Origin: a virus
Taxonomy: Duplodnaviria; Heunggongvirae; Uroviricota; Caudoviricetes
IMG/VR virus record: IMGVR_UViG_638341086_000004
Length of the DNA: 11,922 bases
Strand: one strand, 5' to 3'
Below, piece after piece: positions 6,844 to 11,922 of this stretch (positions within the stretch are counted from its first letter, which is position 1; each line of letters opens with the position of its first letter). Position numbers and translations under genes: made by a program. The notes below the pieces were generated by a model. The model was not told the origin of the DNA. It ran no database searches and was given only the letters and a program-made list of their open reading frames with translations.

Positions 6844-7021
6844 TTTTATGGATCACCTTTCTGATTGATTTCATATTGGCGAGGTGACGTGAGTTAAGTA
6901 GAATTGCTGCGGGTGCCTGAGGCTGTCTGCCTCAGGCATGAACACCAAAAGGCAGATAGAGAAAGCCCCAGTTAACATTACGCGTCCTGTAAGACGCTCA
7001 ACATTAATCTGAGGCATATGG

Positions 7022-8146
7022 ATGCGGATGAAAGAATTAAATAAATTCAGAGTGATAGACCTCTTTTGTGGGGCAGGTGGATTATCTTATGGTTTTCTTC
7101 ATGGAGAGATGTCTGACTACTTTGAAAGTATCCTTGCTATTGATAATAATGCTGCAGCTATAAATACCTACAATGCCAATTTTGGTTTGCATGGAGTTCA
7201 GGCAAATATTGAGGAGTGGGCATCCAGCAATACTGTTCCTGAGGCTGATGTGGTCATAGGTGGCCCCCCGTGTCAGGGATTCAGTTTATTGAATAAGAAT
7301 CGTTATGGTGATCACCGAAGAGCATTGTGGGAGCCTTATATGGATGTCATTGAGCGTTCAAGGGCTTGTATGTTCGTCATGGAAAATGTCCCCGGATTGC
7401 TGATAAGCGATGAGTTTGCGGACATTACGTTTAGAGCGAAATCCATGGGCTTTATTCTGCTTAATCCAATGGTGTTGAATACTGCTGACTATGGAGTACC
7501 TCAGACAAGAAAACGAACGATAGCAATCGGTATCAAACGAGAACTCTTCGATGTGCATAGTATTCCGGCGTTCCCGCCAGCACCAACGCATCGTTCCCCT
7601 GATAAGGATGTCGCTTTGCCTGAATGGGTCTGTACGCGTGATGCAATTGGTGACTTACCTGCTCCTGTTGGAACTGATATTCGTAATGAACTTCCTCCGC
7701 TGAACTTACATTTTGGGCGTAATCCCACACCTGTTTCTCTGGAGCGATATAAAGCGGTTCCACCAGGAGGTAACCGTTTCGATTTACAGAAAAAAAGACC
7801 TGATATAACCCCGGCGTGCTGGCTAAAAAAGAAATCTGGAGGGACCGATTTGTTTGGACGTCTGTGGTGGGACAAACCTTCAGTAACGATTCGTACTGAG
7901 TTTTTCAAACCGGAGAAAGGGCGATATTTACATCCGGAAGAGGATCGGCCAATAACTCATCGTGAGGCAGCGAGATTAATGTCTTTTCCTGATAATTTCA
8001 TTTTTACCGGTTCAAAAACTGAGATTGCAAAGCAGATCGGGAATGCTGTTCCACCGCTATTTGCGGCAAAAATCGCACAATATGTGTATGGAGTTTTGCA
8101 GGGACGGTATAAGAATAACATCAGTAAGAATAGTCAAGCAGCCTGA
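7022..8146 (+). CDS. DNA (cytosine-5)-methyltransferase (Type II R-M modification subunit)
   Basis: 374-aa ORF with canonical C5-MTase motifs in order: I (DLFCGAGG), IV (GGPPCQGFS), VI (ENVPGL), VIII (QTRKR), IX (RPITHREAARLMSFPDNFIF), X (GNAVPP). RBS GAGG 7 nt upstream. Confidence 0.92.
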   Translation: MRMKELNKFRVIDLFCGAGGLSYGFLHGEMSDYFESILAIDNNAAAINTYNANFGLHGVQANIEEWASSNTVPEADVVIGGPPCQGFSLLNKNRYGDHRRALWEPYMDVIERSRACMFVMENVPGLLISDEFADITFRAKSMGFILLNPMVLNTADYGVPQTRKRTIAIGIKRELFDVHSIPAFPPAPTHRSPDKDVALPEWVCTRDAIGDLPAPVGTDIRNELPPLNLHFGRNPTPVSLERYKAVPPGGNRFDLQKKRPDITPACWLKKKSGGTDLFGRLWWDKPSVTIRTEFFKPEKGRYLHPEEDRPITHREAARLMSFPDNFIFTGSKTEIAKQIGNAVPPLFAAKIAQYVYGVLQGRYKNNISKNSQAA

Positions 8147-8160
8147 AGGAAATCCAGAAA

Positions 8161-9038
8161 TGAATGGAGATTTGGTTGACAGCATAGTTGGTTTTGCTGA
8201 AGCCAGAAAGGAGTTTCATGCCCAATTGTTACTGAATACGCTCACAATTAATACTGCCGGAGTTGTTAGTAACGCAGATAGCAGTAACAAAAACAGTAAA
8301 GCTATAGCAAGAGAAATTGCTCGCTTCTTGCAGGCTGAAACGATTGGTGAACGTGTTGCAGGGCAAACATCTGGTAATCAGTTTGAGAGTATCTGCGCAG
8401 AGTTTATAGAAAAAACCTTTTTTAAACTCAGCCACTTACGCCCTGGAAAATGGAATGTACATCAGGTTTCTGGTAGAAACAGATTAGAGATAGCTAAATA
8501 TGAACAATATGCCCATCTTATAGCATTGGATAGTGCTGCAAAAAGTAATCCTCAGCTAGCTGCTGCACTGGGGAGTGATTATACGATTTCACCAGATATT
8601 ATTGTTGAAAGAGAACCTGAATGTGATCAAGTTATCAACAGTCCTGAATTACTGGTGGATGATTCTGTTACCCGCATGTCAGCTCTCAGGAGTTCGAATG
8701 GTGGGAAACCAATATTACACGCAAGTATTTCCTGCAAATGGACAATAAGAAGCGACCGGGCCCAGAATGCTCGTTCTGAGGCATTAAATCTTATTCGCAA
8801 CCGTAAGGGAAATCTCCCTCATGTAATGGTTGTTACTGCTGAGCCTACTCCAAGTCGTCTGGCGTCTATTGCTCTTGGTACTGGTGATATAGATTGCGTG
8901 TATCATTTTGCGCTTTATGAACTTATATCAGCAGTTGAAATACTGGGGCTCAGCGATGCAGCTGACATGCTTTCCGTGATGGTTAATGGTAAAAGATTAA
9001 AGGATATTTCTGATCTTCCCTTGGATCTTGCAGTCTGA
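8161..9038 (+). CDS. Putative Type II restriction endonuclease, NgoMIV/Cfr10I/Bse634I-like (PD...SxK...E fold variant)
   Basis: 292-aa ORF starting 15 nt after the MTase stop (RBS GAAGGA). Candidate catalytic residues E76, D146 (SPDIIV), S191-C192-K193 and E207, with K-to-E spacing of 14; this matches the pattern I recall for NgoMIV (E70/D140/K187/E201), offset by 6 residues. The ORF-track start at 8025 overlaps the MTase and is rejected. Confidence 0.7.
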
Positions 9039-9110
9039 CATCTCTACGTAAATAGAGTCTGTCATATTTTAACTGTGATGGCACGTCATTGACTTCAGTA
9101 CATTTTTACT

Positions 9111-9137
9111 AACCCGCTTCGCGGGTTTTGTTTTTTC
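9111..9137 (+). terminator. Rho-independent terminator closing the cargo/R-M block
   Basis: AACCCGC-TTC-GCGGGTT hairpin (7-bp stem) followed by TTGTTTTTTCC. Confidence 0.7.
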
Positions 9138-9208
9138 CTGGCATTCTGGTTTACAATCCACACGCCAGCCTGAACAACTGGCACCTGCTGCGCCAGCAGA
9201 GACAACCG

Positions 9209-9481
9209 ATGGCGCACAATACCAAACACCACAATTCTGATGCCGACCCTGCCAGCAGACACGGACGGCGCTCTCACGCATTCAAATATGACTGGTACCA
9301 GCATGACCAATGCACTGAAGAACAGGCCGAGTGGCTGATTCAGAATTACCGCAGACGTGGATACCAGTTTCAGAAAGGCCTCAGTCCTGACTTCCGACGC
9401 TGGATAATTTCCGTCAGGCTCCCTTATTCCGAACGCCCGCCGCGTCCGTCCCGCACATATCAGCAACGCATCTGGAGGTAA
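9209..9481 (+). CDS. Hypothetical small basic protein (90 aa); position upstream of the DUF968 gene is reminiscent of rem in Qin-type prophages (positional only)
   Basis: ORF whose stop (TAA 9479-9481) sits directly against the GTG start of the next gene (9483), suggesting translational coupling. Weak RBS; a candidate promoter (-10 TACAAT at 9152-9157) lies upstream. Confidence 0.4.
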   Translation: MAHNTKHHNSDADPASRHGRRSHAFKYDWYQHDQCTEEQAEWLIQNYRRRGYQFQKGLSPDFRRWIISVRLPYSERPPRPSRTYQQRIWR

Positions 9482-9482
9482 C

Positions 9483-10532
9483 GTGCGGGTATTACTTCGA
9501 CCTGTTCTGGTACCGGAACTCAGTCTGGTTATCGTTAAGCCAGGCCGTGAATCAATGTCAGTATTCCATAACGGCAGAATATTGGTGGAACCGGAACCCA
9601 AAAACATGCGCAGTCTTCCGTCCGGCGTCGTTGCAGCCGTTAGCCAGCCGTTGGCTGAGGATAAAACATTACTACCATTTTTCAGCGATGAGCGGGTAAT
9701 TCGTGCAGCAGGTGGTGCAGGTGCACTGTCTGACTGGTTATTACGTCACGTGAAATCCTGCCAGTGGCCACACGGCGATTATCATCACAGCGAAACAGTC
9801 ATTCACCGTTACGGTACCGGCGCGATGGTGTTGTGCTGGCACTGTGACAACCAGCTGCGCGACCAGACATCAGAATCACTCGATCAACTTGCTCAGCAGA
9901 ATCTGGTTGCCTGGATGATTGACGTCATCCGTCACGCAATAAGCGGCACGCAGGAGAGGGAGTTATCGCTGGCCGAATTATCCTGGTGGGCGGCCTGCAA
10001 TCAGGTGGTGGATGCACTACCTGAGGCAGTAGCGCGTCGTTCTCTGGGATTACCGGCGGAAAAAATCCGCTCCGTATACCGTGAAAGCGACATCATACCG
10101 GGAGAACAGACCGCCACCAGCATACTGAAGCAGCGCACAAAAAATATTGCGCTACCGCCTCACACCCACCAGCAACAGAACCCACCACAGGAAAAGACGG
10201 TGGTCAGCATTGCCGTTGATCCGGAGTCTCCGGAATCCTTCATGAAACGACCTAAACGTCGCCGCTGGGTAAATGAGAAATACACACGCTGGGTAAAGAC
10301 ACAGCCGTGTGCGTGTTGTGGTAAGCCAGCGGACGATCCTCATCATCTGATTGGTCATGGTCAGGGTGGAATGGGAACAAAATCCCACGATATTTTCACG
10401 CTACCGCTGTGTCGGGAGCATCACAACGAGCTTCATGCGGATCCGCTGGCGTTCGAAGAAAAGCATGGTTCCCAGGTTGATTTAATTTTTCGTTTTCTTG
10501 ATCACGCCTTTGCGACTGGCGTGCTCGGGTAA
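9483..10532 (+). CDS. DUF968/YdfU-like protein with a C-terminal Cys/His-rich HNH-like motif
   Basis: 349-aa ORF (GTG start, GGAGG RBS 4 nt upstream). The C-terminus PCACCGKPADDPHHLIGHGQGG...LPLCREHHNELH looks like a zinc-binding HNH-type nuclease signature. Length equals what I recall for E. coli YdfU. Confidence 0.7.
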   Translation: MRVLLRPVLVPELSLVIVKPGRESMSVFHNGRILVEPEPKNMRSLPSGVVAAVSQPLAEDKTLLPFFSDERVIRAAGGAGALSDWLLRHVKSCQWPHGDYHHSETVIHRYGTGAMVLCWHCDNQLRDQTSESLDQLAQQNLVAWMIDVIRHAISGTQERELSLAELSWWAACNQVVDALPEAVARRSLGLPAEKIRSVYRESDIIPGEQTATSILKQRTKNIALPPHTHQQQNPPQEKTVVSIAVDPESPESFMKRPKRRRWVNEKYTRWVKTQPCACCGKPADDPHHLIGHGQGGMGTKSHDIFTLPLCREHHNELHADPLAFEEKHGSQVDLIFRFLDHAFATGVLG

Positions 10533-10544
10533 AAGAGGTGACTG

Positions 10545-10904
10545 ATGCTCATAGAGTTTGTTTTGCCTTACCCGCCGACGGTGAACACCTACTGGCGACG
10601 TCGTGGCAGCACATATTTTGTATCAAAAGCCGGTGAGCGTTATCGCCGGGCTGTGGCGCTTATTGTTCGCCAGCAGCGGCTGAAATTAAGCCTGTCCGGA
10701 AGGCTGGCGATAAAGGTGATTGCAGAGCCACCGGATAAGCGTCGTCGCGACCTGGACAACATTCTGAAAGCACCGCTGGATGCGCTGACGCATGCGGGAG
10801 TGCTCATTGATGACGAGCAGTTTGATGAAATCAATATTGTACGTGGTCAGCCAGTATCTGGTGGACGGCTGGGTGTGAAGATTTACAAAATTGAGAGTGA
10901 GTGA
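10545..10904 (+). CDS. rusA: Crossover junction endodeoxyribonuclease RusA (Holliday junction resolvase)
   Basis: 119-aa ORF with an AAGAGGTGA RBS. Collinear match to recalled E. coli RusA (YPPTVNTYWRRRG..., DKRRRDLDNILKAPLDALT..., GVLIDDEQ...). Confidence 0.9.
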   Translation: MLIEFVLPYPPTVNTYWRRRGSTYFVSKAGERYRRAVALIVRQQRLKLSLSGRLAIKVIAEPPDKRRRDLDNILKAPLDALTHAGVLIDDEQFDEINIVRGQPVSGGRLGVKIYKIESE

Positions 10905-10912
10905 GCGTAAAT

Positions 10913-11464
10913 ATGATATATCCGGAAATTACAGGCAAAAGCGGCGAACATTTACGCCTGAACACGCTGGAAGCAGTCTGGATCCAGGGGAAATTACGGA
11001 TGTGGGGGCGGTGGTCGTATATCGGTGGGGGTAAATCCGGAAATATGTTTAACCGGTTACTGGTTTCGAAAAAGCTGACGAAAACAGCAGTTAATGAGGT
11101 TTTACGCAGAATGAAGAAATCCGGGCTGGAAAAACCGGAACTTGAGGCATTTTTTCGGGATATGACAAGAGGAAAGCAGAAGAGCTGGTTGTCACATTGT
11201 ACAGACACAGAGGCGTTGATTATTGATCGCGTTATCAGTGAGGTGCTTGGGGAATATCCCGGGCTAATCAATGTTCTCCGGCAAAGGTACGAAGGACGGG
11301 GAATGAGCAAACTGAAAATGGCCGAAAGGTTAAATGCAGATCATCCTGATTGGTCGTTGGTTACGTGCAGACGCCGAATTGATCAATGGTTGGGGGTATC
11401 TGAATTTATGTTATATGCCCCCATGCGCATGGCTTTTGTTACAGAGAAAAATGTTGCAAACTGA
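10913..11464 (+). CDS. Hypothetical protein; candidate late-gene antiterminator (Q-like) by position only
   Basis: ORF directly after rusA (ATG at 10913; the ORF track offers GTG at 10901, which overlaps the rusA stop). It is followed by an intergenic region with promoter-like and terminator-like elements, as for Q/pR'/tR' in lambdoid phages. No Q motif recognised by eye. Confidence 0.5.
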   Translation: MIYPEITGKSGEHLRLNTLEAVWIQGKLRMWGRWSYIGGGKSGNMFNRLLVSKKLTKTAVNEVLRRMKKSGLEKPELEAFFRDMTRGKQKSWLSHCTDTEALIIDRVISEVLGEYPGLINVLRQRYEGRGMSKLKMAERLNADHPDWSLVTCRRRIDQWLGVSEFMLYAPMRMAFVTEKNVAN

Positions 11465-11541
11465 TCAATAAACTGCTTCAATCCGTATAAGCTTCGCAAA
11501 GCTGTATCGCGAGGCGAAACGCAAGTTTTTTTCGCACAAGG

Positions 11542-11567
11542 AAGCCACCGGAAGGTGGTTTTTTTGT
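11542..11567 (+). terminator. Rho-independent terminator (tR'-like) downstream of the Q-like gene
   Basis: AAGCCACC-GGAA-GGTGGTTT hairpin followed by a T7 run. A second hairpin, GCGAAA...TTTCGC with a T-run, lies just upstream at ~11508-11535. Confidence 0.55.
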
Positions 11568-11688
11568 GTCCGCGATATACAGTAGCGCAATAAATTCGCT
11601 GGTGGTTATTAATACCGTTCTTTCAGCTTGCTGGCTTTTTCGACAAGAGTTATTGGTGTGTCACGTTAACCGGAAAAGGGAAAAAGAC

Positions 11689-11886
11689 ATGCTAAAACAG
11701 CAGGATATGACAGAAACCGCCAGAGTGGTGTTTAATGAATTAAGCGTTACCGAACCGGCGACAGTCGGGGAGATAGCGCAGAATACTTACCTTTCACGCG
11801 AACGCTGCCAGTTAATACTGACTCAGCTGGTTATGGCGGGTCTGGCAGACTATCAGTTCGGTTGTTACAGACGCCTTCCGCAGTGA
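11689..11886 (+). CDS. Hypothetical small protein (65 aa), possible HTH/winged-helix
   Basis: ORF from the ATG at 11689 with a purine-rich RBS. The ORF-track N-terminal extension from 11566 starts inside the terminator and looks non-coding. The stop is embedded in a terminator hairpin. Confidence 0.4.
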   Translation: MLKQQDMTETARVVFNELSVTEPATVGEIAQNTYLSRERCQLILTQLVMAGLADYQFGCYRRLPQ

Positions 11887-11900
11887 AGGCTTTTTTATTT
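11873..11900 (+). terminator. Rho-independent terminator
   Basis: GCCTTC-CGCAGT-GAAGGC hairpin followed by TTTTTTATTT. Confidence 0.65.
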
Positions 11901-11922
11901 GTGGTAAATGGGCGGCTGGTGG

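Noticed and set aside
8025-8160. N-terminal extension of the endonuclease ORF (track start 8025)
   Set aside because: It would overlap the last 120 bp of the methyltransferase gene in another frame. An ATG with an RBS at 8161, just after the MTase stop, is the more plausible start.
9095-9607. 170-aa minus-strand ORF
   Set aside because: It runs antisense across the terminator, the small ORF and the DUF968 start. The translation is Arg/Ser/Gly-rich low complexity, typical of antisense frames in GC-rich coding DNA.
11566-11688. Long N-terminal extension of the small ORF (track start 11566)
   Set aside because: The extension starts inside the terminator T-run, has no RBS and is hydrophobic junk-like. 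The ATG at 11689 with a purine-rich RBS is preferred.

Overview
This window reads as the early/middle region of a Rac/Qin-like lambdoid prophage of an enterobacterium, truncated on the left by an IS3-family insertion sequence (IS629/IS1203-like, positions 1-611, minus strand). Left to right after the IS: three small leftward genes (pL-operon-like), palindromic operators, a leftward HTH repressor without a peptidase domain (1664-2083), a rightward Cro-like (YdaS-type) and CII-like (YdaT-type) pair, a replication initiator with a DnaT-like C-terminus that carries an internal iteron/AT-rich origin-like region, a DnaC-like helicase loader, a block of winged-helix-like proteins of unknown function (one apparently frameshifted), then an AT-richer cargo block: a QueH-like (DUF208, CCAPC motif) protein and a two-gene Type II restriction-modification system (C5-cytosine methyltransferase plus an endonuclease with an NgoMIV/Cfr10I-type D...SxK...E active-site pattern), closed by a strong terminator. 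After that come a small ORF, a DUF968/YdfU-like protein, RusA, a putative Q-like late regulator, terminators and a small ORF. All calls rest on reading the sequence and on motif recall; no database search was run. The R-M system and the QueH-like gene are the items most worth follow-up.
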